Assembly: GCF_024521635.1 (NCBI RefSeq)
Contig: NW_026250412.1
Location: 558,001-622,000 of the forward strand
From: Tricharina praecox
Lineage: Eukaryota
DNA: 64,000 nucleotides
Direction of reading: 5' to 3'
Shown here: piece after piece, positions 1-12,753 of the stretch
How the letters are laid out: each line of letters opens with the position of its first letter
Position numbering within the stretch: the first letter of the stretch is position 1
Notes under the pieces: model-generated
The model's input: only the letters and a program-made list of their open reading frames with translations
What the model was told of the DNA's origin: nothing
Databases searched by the model: none
Made by a program: the position numbers and the translations under genes

Positions 1-189
1 AGAGGGGGAGGGCACCCACACACACACACAGGAGGAACAAGGACCTGATCGATCATCGGCCCCCAAAGGAAATCAAGACTCGTCCATACAAAGGAAAAGC
101 AAGACTCCCCCCCCCCACCCCACACACACACACAGTGCTACACACCACCTGCCGACCATGGAGCCCAACTAGCGAGGATTCCCCCAGTC

Positions 190-480
190 ATGGCTCCGGC
201 AAATGATACCTCGTCGTCGTCCAGTGCTCTTCACGTGTATGGAAGGGGGGCATGGTACTCCGCTCCAAGTTCCAACAGGAACCGTCCGGCGGGGCCAGGG
301 CCAGGATGGTGCGCGGACGCTCCTACTGGCTCGCCGCCTACGCGTATCTCCTCAGCCCTCAGTCGACGGGGCCTGGCGGTCACCGCCTGGCCAGTCCTCC
401 TCCTCAACCTCCTCCTCCTCCTCGCCGTGCAGCATGTGACGGGCAAGGTCTTCCGCAACTGGATGGACGGGGAACTGTAA
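190..480 (+). CDS. Possible short ORF with C-terminal hydrophobic segment
   Basis: GLAVTAWPVLLLNLLLLLAV stretch, but it is encoded by a CTC-repeat tract and no family is recognised. Confidence 0.2.
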   Translation: MAPANDTSSSSSALHVYGRGAWYSAPSSNRNRPAGPGPGWCADAPTGSPPTRISSALSRRGLAVTAWPVLLLNLLLLLAVQHVTGKVFRNWMDGEL

Positions 481-3400
481 TCTAGATTAGCCCAGGTCAG
501 GCAGCGCAGAAACTCCGGATTTCCCTGGACCCCGCCACCAGCGCGCGTCGTCTTCGTCGCCGGCCGCCGCCGCCGTCGTATGTTTTTCTTCTTCTTCTTC
601 TTCCGTCTTTCCTTTTCCCCTCCTCTTAGGGGGCGGGGGGCGAACAGCAAGCGTTTCAGCTTTGGCAGGTTTTCTAGTTTTTTGTCCGCAAAAAGCGTAT
701 TTTAATATGAGTGAGTAGTCCGGACTCCGGAGGGGAGGGGGGGAGGGCAAGCCTGCCTGCGGCCTGCCTGCTCATCGCAACATGTAGGTCAACTTGTCAA
801 GCGCAGGCACTGTGCAGTGTGAGCGGGTGGGATGGATGGATGACGGATGATGGATGGATGGATGGGATGAGTGGATGGATGGATGGGATGGATGAGTGGA
901 TGGACGGGATGGATGGATGAGTGGTTTGATGGATGGATGGCGGTGGCCGCGTCACAGACTCACATCACAGCTGCTTCACGAATCTTATACCAAGACCACT
1001 GGTTCCCTGCAAATGGGGAATTTAGGGGCAATGGGGAATGGCGTGATTGGGTCCTTTTTACGGTCAAAGAGGGCGGTCTAGCTTCGAAGGCGCGGAGGCG
1101 GTGATCGATTCGTAGGGCCCCGATGTAATCATCATCCATCGGGGGAGGGGAGGGGAGGGGGCTGGCAGTGGCTGTGGCTGTGACTGTGGTGTCCTGGACG
1201 CCCCCGAAAGCTTTTTATATATATCCTGTGCGGCGGCGCTCATCATCTTCTATATAAGCTGCAATAGAAAAGTGAGGCTGTGACGGGTATGCAGAGATAG
1301 GTACGTATGTACGTTCGTACGTGCATGATGGAGAGTAGAGTAGAGTACTATAGAGTGCAGTACAGCCAAACGGATGAGTTCTGGGGTTTTAGCTGCAGAT
1401 GTATGTCTGTATGTAATGCACGGTGCATGCCCTATAGAGCATGTAGAGTAGCAGACGGTACCTTTCGGCACCAGCGAACCAGTAACGATGAAGCACTAGC
1501 TGCACTGACGGTAAGGCCAATCCTCTAGCGCCCAATGGTCGGGAGAGAGTAATATGTAGTCAGCAACACACGGTGCCTACGCCTCCCGACAAAGCCATTG
1601 TGCTCCTCCAAGTCCGTCCGTCATTACGCAACGCAACGGGTTATTTTCCGGACGCTGCACGTGCGCCGCCGAATCATAGTTGTGCTTTGCTTTATCTACT
1701 GCATGAAACGTCCAGGACCCTAACCCCCTCTCCCATCTCCCCTCTCCCCTCTCCCCCGTCGTCATCAAAACATCAAAACCCACCAAAACTGAAAGAAAGA
1801 AAAAAGCCATCATCGAAATGAAGGTGCGTCTGTACTCGAGTCTCGAAAGGCCACGGGAAGAAGGAATATCCGGCCGTGGGCGTGGGGGTGATTGCGAACA
1901 TTTCAATTTTCCGCTTGTGAAAAATAACCGGGGGCGAGTGATTGATACGTATTCAATCCAATCCAATCCAGTCCCACGACATGACATGGCCAATTTCCCC
2001 GGCTGACCCATAGACGGGCAGCGAACACTCCTCCTCCCCTTCCTCCAGTGTTCTCATTTGCGCGACCACTCTTCCTGATTCCTGCTCGTCCCCCCGCCAC
2101 CCCCGAGGACACGGCGCCGGCACACAGGATGACCTGGACATCAAACTCCCACTTCGGCTTCCCGAGGCACCTTGTTACGGTGCATAAAACTCGCCAAACT
2201 CAGATTACCACGCCGCCCATCGTTTCGCGAGTCGCGAGTCGTGAGATGCGACAGCCGGCGCTCGGTTCTCTTCTGGTATTTGCACCGGAGCTGACATGAT
2301 GTGTATGCGTACGTGTGTTCGTGACCCATAGTTATAGCGTCACCAGCTGAAAGCGAGCCTTCGCCGGAATAGTTTCTCCGGGGAGCGAGGGGGGGCAGGA
2401 AGAGGGAAGGAAGGAGCGAGATTAGTGTGCGACGCCGCGACGCTGCGACGGTGGTGGAAAGCGAATCGACCCGTGGCATGTGGGCGTACAGAGTCTCGAC
2501 TCGACAGAATACTGACGGGCTGGGCTGGGCTGGTCGTGTCGAGTATTGCGTATTGCATAGCCGGTCGTCGTGTCCGCGCCTTTGGATGAGCGGAATACGG
2601 TACAGGATCGCGATGGGTGGGGCGTCGTGGACTTATGGGTGGTGAGTCATTGAGATGGCGGCGGGGAAAGCAGCAGGTTACCTAACTGCCATGGACTCTG
2701 GAGTCCTCGGCGATGACGCGTGCTGGGACTACCTACTTGACCGAAGGCGAAGATCCCCTGGAGGCTGGTTCTCGTGGTCGTAGATAGGCGGTGCTGCACT
2801 GGATACGGGCGAGTGATTGCAGCACGTTCGGTTTTTGACAACTCCAAGCCTATATATATCGCAGGTGTGCTGGATGCGGAGTCGGAGAGGTTTACAAGTT
2901 ACAACCACGGGTGTGGTTCTCCTGTCGTTAAAAGTTAAAACAAAAATCGGTATGGCACGGAGAGGGGATTTCAACATCCATTTTCACCAGGCCCTCGGCT
3001 CAAGCCTTAAGCCCTGCGGGTTCAGTGTCATCCCGCAAAGGGCACGTAGAAGGCTTTGTTTCGGCCGATTTGTTTTTGGTCTTGGAAGGACTGGCTTGGA
3101 AGGTCGAGTGATTGTCGTGAGTTGTGGCAGACTACCACTCCCCATTATGCCCCATCGTAGTCTCATCGTCACCGGAGCCTATCGGTAGTAGGTACCGCAG
3201 GAGCTGTGATTCTTTGGGGGGTTGAGCATCGAGAGCGTGACTCTGCTCTGACGCTCCTTACCGTACCACACTTGTGAAGGCCCATTCTTTCCTAAAAACA
3301 CCCATACGTAGTCGTGTTACTTTACGTATCTCGGCAGAGTAGGAGAGAGAGCTGTCAGTGTTGCATACGGTCTGGCTAAATAGACTGTGGCGATACGTAT

Positions 3401-5561
3401 TTCGGCTGTAGCTTACAACTTACAACTTACAACGGATTTGTGCGTGTTTCGAGTGAGAATCCGTGTAGGTGCGCCGTCACTCGAATGAGGGGAAAGTACA
3501 TAAAAACCCCGAAGCGACGGATAGGACAGTGCAATGATAGTCTATAGGGATAATCCTAGGGTAAAGTCAGTATATGTTATATCAAGAGCGGGAACGGAAT
3601 AGACGTAATGTAGCGCGAGACGGTAAGACCTCGACGGAGCAGCGCTCCGTCCTGGTATCTACTCATCTCAGTTGGTATGCAAGACCTTTGCCACGCATTT
3701 ACACGTCGAGCAACGTGTACTAAGTATACTAGTATGCACGATCCCACAGGCGCAGAAGTCTCAAGTCTCGACATTTGCCGCTAGAAGAGAAGAATATTTC
3801 CGCCCGCGGTCGCTCGCACCCCGAAACGATTCACCGGAGGTCCGGAGGGCTTGCATGCACAGTCGCGGCAGCAGAGTACAGTTGAGTACCTCTGTACTGT
3901 AGCTTGGGGACCAGATGCCCGCCCGGGTTTGCTTCTTCCGCCTCGGCATGCGCTTCGAGCTTCGCGCTTCGCCGAGCTTTGTCTCAGCGAAGTTCGAACC
4001 ATGTATGTACGACGCGACTCACGAGCGGATATGAAGTGGATGTGAAGTGGATGAGCGGGTTGCGCGGATCCGGCGGCTAGTTGGATAGGGACGGCAACGG
4101 TGGAAGCCTCTCGGCTATACACACGGCTTGCATCAATCAACCAGCCACAGTTTGTGTAGGTATGTAGGGCTGGCAGCATCGGACGGCCCGCGGGAAAGGC
4201 TGTAGATACGCCGCAGTATTCAGGGCCTGATCATTACCAAGTGGTCGCGGAACTGCACTACAGAAACTCCTAGAAGGATACCAGGCTGAATCCTCCATAC
4301 CAGGTTCGGCGGGTGCTGTTGGAAGTTGTGACAAGAAAGCTGTAAATACCAGTAGGTAGTAGCATTGAACATTTATCAAGCATAAAATATAAGACACTTG
4401 GGGCTGAACTTTGAAGACTGCAGTGCGAAATCTCTGCAACGCCAAGGTTGAAGGAAGTGGTCCGTGTCCTCACGGCTCACAAATAAGCATAAACGAGTGT
4501 TATAAATAATAAGTGCTTGACTGTTTCCGTCAAGTGAATAGTTGTGATTTAGCCTCAATGGTTCCTACCAGGCTACATACCACTGTACCACGGTACCACA
4601 TCCATTGCCAATCGAAAGCGCATGAGGTGTAGGTACCAGTGTACCAACTTTGGGCGACGGAACACTACCGGTACCGTACCAGCCGGCACCCCGGCAAGCG
4701 ATCTCTCAGTGTGCAAGTACCGGTAGGACAGAATTCCGGGTGATATCGCTACTGATTACGATCGGCTGCTCGTAGAAGGAGCGTAGGACTACGCGGTTTT
4801 ACGCATAAGGATGAGGCATAGTCCGTACGTGAATTCCAACACGACTTGTTCCTTCCTTCCAGACCCCATGGGAAACCCGATTCTGTGCGTCTTGGGTGAT
4901 GCGCTTAGTAAACCACTATATCGTCAGCGACATCTGCAACGATGGCGGGCCGCAATTCGGAGATATGCCCAGCGCTCCATATAGCCAATAGTCGTAAGGC
5001 ATCCCAAGATTGACCTTCAGCGGATAAGCTTGGGTTCGTGGCGGAACTGGCAGTTTCAGCTTAGCGCATGATGTTTCTGGCGGCTATGCAGTACCGCAGA
5101 TCATGGACGAACAAGTATGCGGCTGAAAGAGAGCACTTCATAACCGAGTAAAAAACCATCGTTACTAGCCTCCGCGGGCATCGGTGGCATAGTGACTTCG
5201 CCACGATCACAGCTCTTTGCCCGGGGCACCGGTGTCGTCGCCGAATGTGCGCATGTCCGTGCTCAAAACAAGTATCAGGACGTTACACATGCATCCTGCA
5301 GGCCACGCAGTTAGAGGCCGTGGCGAACCAGACCTCTGGCGTAGAGTAGCAGTTACACGGCCATGTTGCCAAACCCCCGCTCTTCTCCCTCTTCCCCCTC
5401 TTCCTTCCTCTAGCTCCTCACTGCTCCGTTTTTCTGTTCACATCCCTCGCGAATACTATCATAAATACTGCCCCGCTGAACCGAATCGAAGAAGCAGCAG
5501 TCCCCTCTCTCTCGCCGTCTCCATCACCGCCCTCGATAATCTACTCCAGAGTCCGGTCAAC

Positions 5562-6444
5562 ATGCCTTACGACAATCACAACCAGCACTATGAGTGCGTT
5601 GGATCTGGCATCAACCACGAGGGTCCTTTCCCTGAGCCCTCGCGCCATATTCTCCTTCAGCAGCGCGATTCTAACACAGTATACGGGCCCACTAGGCACT
5701 CGATATCATACGCGCGACTACGGACCCAATGTCCGGAACAGATACTGCTACAATTACTCCAGCACGTAAGTGTCCCCCTCAAATCCAGCTACCGAGGCTC
5801 AATAGATGGGTATTAACAAACGGGAGTAGCGATGGTAGCTACTATTATACCAACCCTGATGGTAAGTTAGTTCTGCCTCTCGTGGTGGGATGGGCTGCGG
5901 ATGTTGAGGGTGTTCAACAGGTTCCACCTACTACAAAGACAACCAGGGGAATATTACTTACACGCCTCCCGCGCCCGACAACGCCAGTGTGACTGCCGAA
6001 GTCCAACGGGTGTCCGCGGAAGTCGAAAAATCTCTCTTGGACACCGTCGAGATGCTCCGTGATGACGATTCCATGATATCCAGGCGCAAATTGATCGAAG
6101 TATTGACAGATGCCGCCGACTCGCTAGCTCGGCTCAACTTGGCTCCTGGACAGACCAAGAACGCTGCGACGCCTGCAGTTGCAAGGCCATTGTCAGCCTC
6201 CAAGCCCCCGTTTGCAGACGGCCCTGAGTTTAAGATATCCAAGAAAGACGAGGAAGGTATTACTGAAGATTGGTTGATTATGTACTCTTTGGGTTTACAT
6301 GTCGAGATGTTGACCATCGCAGTTGAGTCACTAGCTCGGCTTAGCGTAAATGACACCAAGGCAGTTGCCGGAGAACGGTCAACTGCTCCAAGGACTTCCG
6401 ACCCATGGATGCAACGATCACCGAGGGCGAAGACAAGGGTATAG
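5562..6444 (+). CDS. Small fungal Tyr/Asn/Ser/Gly-repeat protein, copy 1, with C-terminal extension; join(5562..5622,5696..5765,5830..5861,5921..6444), 228 aa
   Basis: Spliced translation MPYDNHNQHYECVGSGINHEGTRYHTRDYGPNVRNRYCYNYSSTDGSYYYTNPDGSTYYKDNQGNITYTPPAPDNASV continues in frame into track ORF 5989..6444. The first three exons (61/70/32 nt) and intron phases are identical to copy 2. CTAAC/TTAAC branch sites in introns 1-2; YAG acceptors. Confidence 0.8.
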
Positions 6445-8371
6445 ATCGCTCCGGAACGCAGCCAGAGGGCTGAAGTTCTTGGGCAGTTCGGATGCCTTAA
6501 CTCATATATAACTATTACTATGTACCTACTAGCAGATAGGTCGGAAGGCGGAAGCGGGAAATCACATGGTTGGGGAGATTTGATGGTGATGATTCTGTAC
6601 TGGTCGAAGTTCGCCCAGGTGCGAACGGTGGCTGGGGATGGTTGGGGGGGGGAGGGGGGGAGGAGGAGTAAAGGAAATGCTATCTTTTGATGGAGAAGCG
6701 TTTGCCGGTGACGTGTCCAAATCGATCCATGGCCCATGGGATGATCCGCAGAGTTGTAAGGAGAAAGCAAGAAAGCTTGTTTGTGGTGCCATCACTCGAA
6801 GACGCAGCGGCGATCACTCGGCTCCTAGACAGGGCAGCAAGAGATAAGCGAGAATAGTGAAGGCCAATCCGTCTCTTCATTGGTGACATTAGCCACGAGT
6901 GCCCCAGCTTCTCCACCAGCACTTCCAGCGCCGGATGCTGGTCGTCGGCGGGATTTGTAAAGACCCCGCGTTAGCAACCGCAGAATCTGTGGCACAGTGA
7001 CTTCACCGCAGTTCATTACCGCCATTACTCTATCTGGGCGTCGGTACCGGCTGGTCAGATAATCCTGCGCACAGTGTTGTGGCTAGAGATGATGGCGTCG
7101 TCCGCGGGATTGTTGGATTCGCTATGCCAGCTGCATTTTGAATCTACCACACAAAATTGAGATGCAGTTTGAAACATTCAGTTTCCGGGCGACGGGCGAG
7201 CGTTCGGTATCTCACCCCAAGTTAACAATTTGAGAAACTGCATAGGTATTGTTGGCGGAGCCACAATACAAACAAAAGTGTGGCGTGCTGTTGAACATTT
7301 AGGTTACCGAATGGGTCGTCAGGGGACATATGAGTTTGCAGCTATATAACCACGGCTTTGGTAACCTTCAACTCGTCAGAAACCCCACGTTTGAAAATGC
7401 AGCTAGCACCTTAACAGGCCGAGTGTGAGGTAACTGGCCATGGTCTTCACCCCTTCGTTTACGCAGCTATTATACTACTATTGCGCATCCTCAACTGGTA
7501 TTCCAGACACAAATCACAGGGCTTTGCAGGCTCAAGCCATCGTAGGCTCAAGCCAAGAAGCGCCTAGCCCGTCCGCCTTTGGGCGCCGCGCCAGTCCAGT
7601 CAGAGAGCCAGCTCCTCGCTAGGCGGGCTACTGAGCAGGCCGACCTGTATCTGTAGGGTATTTGAGCCTTTAATTTTCCGGACTGGACGGACTATGTAGT
7701 CCTCGCGAAAGCCTGTCCAGGACAGCCTGTCCCACGGTCTCCTACATATTGGACTGGGGGTCCGGAAGGACGATTCACCACCCTGAAATTTGCAGATATC
7801 CACGTCGATTCGTCCTCTTTGCGGACAAGACATGTTGGATTTTATGGATTTTGGGGAATTAGTGATCATAGGTGAATGAAGAATACAGGATTCGCTATGC
7901 ATTCCGCACAGGCAACTTGACCCTCATACATACGATAGAGACCCAGTGGTAGGTACTAGTACGGTGCTTCGTACACACTTACGAGCACATGACCTGCATC
8001 AGCCACAGCAGGGCGGGGAGCACAATGACTTCCCCGCATTTTCACCGGCATCGGTGTCGTCGCCCGAATGACCTTGCATGCGGGGGATGTGCTCTACATG
8101 CAAGTTATCAAGATTGTCGCACACACCATTCAATAACAAAGGCTGTGGGGGAGGGTAACTTGCTCCGGTCTCCATTCATCCCCCCCTCCTCCTTAAAACG
8201 TCCGACCAGCTCGACCTCCCTTTCTTTTATCTCTTCTACACTTCACTCCTTTCCACATCCACCAATAATCTTCACATCATCGATCCATAAAGCAAACAGT
8301 ATTTCCCCACCTCCAGCGATCTTCACATCCTCCATCTCTCTAATACCCAGCTACTCTAGACTGCAGTCAAC

Positions 8372-8799
8372 ATGCCTACCGACAACCGCGGCCAGTCTTA
8401 CCAGTACTCGGGATCTGGCACCAATTCCCAGGGTCCTCTCCTCCCCGCGTTCTTATTTCATGTTTTCTCTCTCCTTGGCCCTAACACGGTACACGCGTAC
8501 AGGTAACCACTACTGCAGCCGCGATTACGGTTCCAGTGCCCCGAACACGAACTCGTACCATTACTCCAACACGTAATTACTATTTAGCCATCGAGGAAGG
8601 CAAGCTCGGTGGGTGAGCGTTGACAATCAGGGTAGGAACGGAAGTTACTACTACTCGAATGCCAATGGTATGTTCTGCCCGTTATGATACCGCAAAGCGA
8701 AAGTTGATGGGGTGTTCAGGCTCCTCCTACTACAACGACGGCAAGGGAAGTGCTTCATACACGCCTCCCTCTTCCGGAAACGCCAGCGGAAAGAAGTAA
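8372..8799 (+). CDS. Small conserved fungal hypothetical protein (SNxNGSYYY-type repeats), copy 2; join(8372..8432,8503..8572,8636..8667,8720..8799), 80 aa
   Basis: MPTDNRGQSYQYSGSGTNSQGNHYCSRDYGSSAPNTNSYHYSNTNGSYYYSNANGSSYYNDGKGSASYTPPSSGNASGKK*. Introns are GT-AG. From memory it resembles a widespread uncharacterised fungal small-protein family (GTNSQGNHYCxRDYG); not database-checked. Confidence 0.88.
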
Positions 8800-9359
8800 G
8801 CCGTAGTGGGTGCGGACGACGTGTGGCTGTCCGAATGGAGCGGGCGGGTTGGGAAGTCACATGATCGATGAAACGGAATGGGAGATGGGATGATGATTGC
8901 AATGGTTACTTGTCAGAAATCGTTGATATGCGGGCGACGAAGATCAATGGAAAAAATCATACCCTATGGTGAGGCGTTGTCGTTGCTGTGCCCGATACTG
9001 TGGTCCACAGAACCATGAGATGATCCACAGGGTTCTCTAGGAGAAAGCGAGAGCTTATTTCTTGACTACGTCACTCGAGGGCGCAGCGGTGATCACTCGG
9101 TTCCTATAACAAGCGATCTCGGCTGTTGACTCGTGTGAGCCTTGTCTCCCAGTCGGCCTCACTTGGGCAAAAGTGGTCCAGGAAGACCCGCGAGTCTCCT
9201 GGATTATTAGGTAGCCTCACCGCACAGGCCTAGTATGGCGAACACCTCCCACCCCAAGCTTCCGATTAGGCATTAATCAAGTACTACACGTAAGCGTCGT
9301 ATGTATGTACATAAGTAACCATGATACACCTCCGTGCCTCTGCTAGATAACTACTACCA

Positions 9360-10279
9360 TTATACCGCCGTCCCCGCATGCGCAGATGCAGCAGGAGCGA
9401 CGGGAGTGATGGCATCCCCACTCGGCCTCTCCACCGGCGAGCGCCTTGCCTCTTCCTCCTCCGGCACTCCCACCAACGGTGCCCTCCGCGCTGTCGCTCC
9501 CGCAATGGGGCTTGCTGTCGTACCCATAGCCCTCTCCGGATCTTCTTGTTGCTGCTGTCGCACTTGCCCCATCAACGGTCTCTGGTCGGACGGCACAAAG
9601 GGCATTCGCGTGTGCTTCCTGACGATAGCCGAGTACGCTACAAGCCAGATGTACGACACCCTACAGACGTCCTCTATCAGTCTCCTTCTCTTTTTTCCAC
9701 CGCACCTCGCCTGCAGCCTCCAGGTTGGGGGGGAGGGGGGTACTCACGTGATCAGCGCCATCAGCGCCAAAATCCCACCACTCTTCTGGCAGACCTTCTT
9801 GCGGTAATCGTCAAGCATCTGTTTGTTCTCCGCGTTCTTCTCGTCGTCGCTGCCATCGTGGTAGCCATAGTAGTAATTATAGTCGAAGTCCTCGCTGCTG
9901 CCGCATCCCGTCGACGGATCCTGCGTGTAGATGACGATCTCAAACGCCGTCGTCGCGATCCACAGCACCATCCACTCGCACGAGATGGTCAGCACCACGA
10001 GCGGGTGCAAAGACGACGTCACGTAGCATATCAAGTGCGTTAGAGCGGATATCACGCCGAGAGCCGCGATCGAGAGCGGGCCGATAGAGACGACGAAGCC
10101 GTTGTTCATACTGCGAGGGGGGTACGGTGTTAGTGCGGAGTCCTTGATGGCGAGATGATAGGGACGCAGGGGAGGGGACGTTACAAAGAACTGGAGAGGC
10201 CGATGACACAGATCAGTGCAATGAACTGAAATAGCAGTGTTGGCAACGCCAGCCAGAGGCTCCATCTTGCGTCAGGCAT
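9360..10279 (-). CDS. 4-TM MARVEL-like membrane protein; complement(join(9360..9660,9748..10110,10185..10279)), 252 aa
   Basis: Spliced MPDARWSLWLALPTLLFQFIALICVIGLSSSF-MNNGFVVSIGPLSIAALGVISALTHLICY...LVVLTISCEWMVLWIATTAF...C...C...GGILALMALIT-VSYIWLVAYSAIVRKH. Four hydrophobic segments, a Cys pair in loop 2, GTAACG/GTGAGT donors, CTAAC branch in intron 1. Confidence 0.78.
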
Positions 10280-12753
10280 CTCGACGATTTGCAATGTAGG
10301 ACAAAAAACGAGTGATATCCGTGTTCGGCCGATCCTGCTGACCAACAGAAAACAAAAAACAAAGAACGAACGTAGGAGGTCGAGTCGGTTCGACGCGTGA
10401 AAAAATAAATGAATGAATGGATGGGTGGATTTCATCCAGTCGCGGTGGTGGAACGCGTTCTTATACATACTTCCGACGTACCGAGAGTATCGTGTGAGCA
10501 AAACTTAAAAGGGGTGCTTAAACTATCATAGTGCTAAAAACTTCGCTTCTGGAGAGCTAGGAGGGGTTCCGGTGCTCTAACTAATCTGCCTGCCCGTCTG
10601 AAGCGGGAAGTTGGCTTAAGCTTGTCTGTGACTCACGATGTTCGATTGCAAGGATGGCCCGCTGGTGCTCGGAAGGACCGGCATCGTGAGGATAGGACGT
10701 TACTCTAAATTGGGACCATAGTTTTTGCCTCCTATGTACATAGGCTAGAGATTTGGAGAAAGTTTGGTGGCGCTCTCGACACGAGGTTTTATAGATATCA
10801 GATTTCTGTCTGTATGTACTGGTACAACGCTGTACAACCTACGTCTCGGGGAGTCGCGGATAACGGTCCACAAATACCATCTCGCCTAGCACGAGTACCT
10901 ACATGCATACCGGTATCTGTAATGAGATCCCCTCCAATAAGACAAATTGGGTTTCCTGGCCAAAAGAGCCCATGAGTTTGAGGCGTTGCCTGCAGCGAGT
11001 GACACCGAGTAGTTACCGCGCGCACCACCACCTACTAGTAGTATTAATGCTTACATGAATCTCTAGGTCGTCGCCATAGGAGGGGAAGCCGTAATCATTA
11101 CTAGCTGGCGAGCTGCGCTAGGCCAGTTCGAAGTTTCTTGAGTTCCCTCGGTCTGCCCGAAGACCGTATGCGGGCGGTTAATATCCGCCAACGCAAAGTC
11201 GATCCGATGTGGGGGCTCCCCATCACACGACCAGACTCCGTCTTCGGTGTGCCCCACCAGTATACCTAGTAGGCTAGACCACAAAGGAGCTCCCAGCACG
11301 AACAGGATGAACATCCTCCTCGGCCATGTCCAGACTCCGGAATCCCTCCTCAATCGACTTTTCCCGTGGAAGCCCACCAGATCCACGGTTCCCGCAAGCC
11401 TTGACGACTACGGTACGGGAATAGCAGTGTTTAAGCTTCCTGAAAGCTGGCTAACCATATTGCTCTGGGGTCGGCTACCTAGCCAGTTTGCCGTATCACC
11501 CCAATACCGGTGTCACCTACGGCCGACCTTCTGCTGGAGGATGAGAAGCACCGAGCCGTGTCGGTGCTTCTGGACTAGTGAATGGAGATCCCTGGCCCGA
11601 CAGGAAGTGATAGCTTTTCGGTCGGTCAACTCCCCGACCGGCCCAACCGCGAACTCCTTCGAAACCAACCTACGGCCCATCACACGGGCCGGCACGGTGT
11701 TCAACACTTCGGGATACATCCGAGTGATCACTCGGCTCGAGACTCCAACGAACTCTTGGTAGCATGCACAAAGGCCTGTGCCTGCTCGTATTGCGGCACC
11801 GATCCCGATTCCGCAGGCCTGCGCCTGGTGGAGCTGCGAGGGAAACACACCTCTCTCGTGAGTCGTACCTATCTAGAGCAACTCAGCCACCAAGCAAATG
11901 TGCGAGATTATAGGCCAGCGAGAATACTCCAGTGTAACGGAGCCGTGGATACGGTAATGTAGATCCAGACGTCTCCGCCGTGCCTTTAAAGTTTAATCTG
12001 AAATCCTTTCGGGTTTCAGCTGAGTGAGAGACCAAGGAGTATGCACGTAACACGACTCCGTCATGGCCCGCCGCCCCGTGTGTCTGGGCAGAACACAAAG
12101 CAAATACAGGTTGGTCAAAGCCGCCAGGGCGATGGTCGATGGGTATTTTTCTGGTCTGAATGGCTACGCCAGAGCTTTTGAAAGCGATATGATCTGCTGC
12201 AACTATGTACGGGCAACAAAATATCCACATAATAACCCCAAACCCTGACCAAAGCTCAAAGAATCCCTCCTTTCCAGGCTCTTCCTACTTAGGTAGAACG
12301 TGATGTCCTGTAGACATGCCTTCACCCCTTTCCAGTCGATGTGTCACACATCCCCCAGGACTTGAACGAATTCTGGACACCTCCGAAGGTCGTACCTATA
12401 GCAGCAGTTATAGCTAACTAAGCTTCCAATCGAGAAGGATATCCGAAGCGGGACTATATATCCAACCGGCAATCAGCCCTACTGCGGCAGTGTTACACGA
12501 ACTCATGCTTAACCTGCGGTTTCACAAGCCTCCCTTTAATGATCTCGTATTCGACACCACCAACGTTCCCCCACGGCAGCGATCGTGGGATTAATACGAG
12601 CGAAGAGGAGGTGGAAGCCAAAATTCGTCAAGTCGGTCTGGTGGGATTTAAAGAACGGCGGCTTCCTCTGTTTGGCCCCCGCCGCCGCCGCCTGCTCCCC
12701 TCCAGACAGACATTTTCATTGCATCGATACGGCAGTCAACAATCGCAGCAACA

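Noticed and set aside
6442..6710. Frame stays open past the TAG of paralog copy 1 (possible stop-loss A-to-I editing or readthrough)
   Set aside because: The downstream peptide is not protein-like and there is no comparative support from the sequence alone.
5958..6770. 270 aa antisense ORF over paralog copy 1
   Set aside because: Shadow of the plus-strand exon; TTG start and no protein-like features.
11040..12420. Possible decayed gene or transposon between the two 4-TM genes (fragmented ORFs, CxxxCxCxxC, a GTGAGT..TAG pair)
   Set aside because: I could not assemble a coherent frame or recognise a domain; needs tBLASTx.
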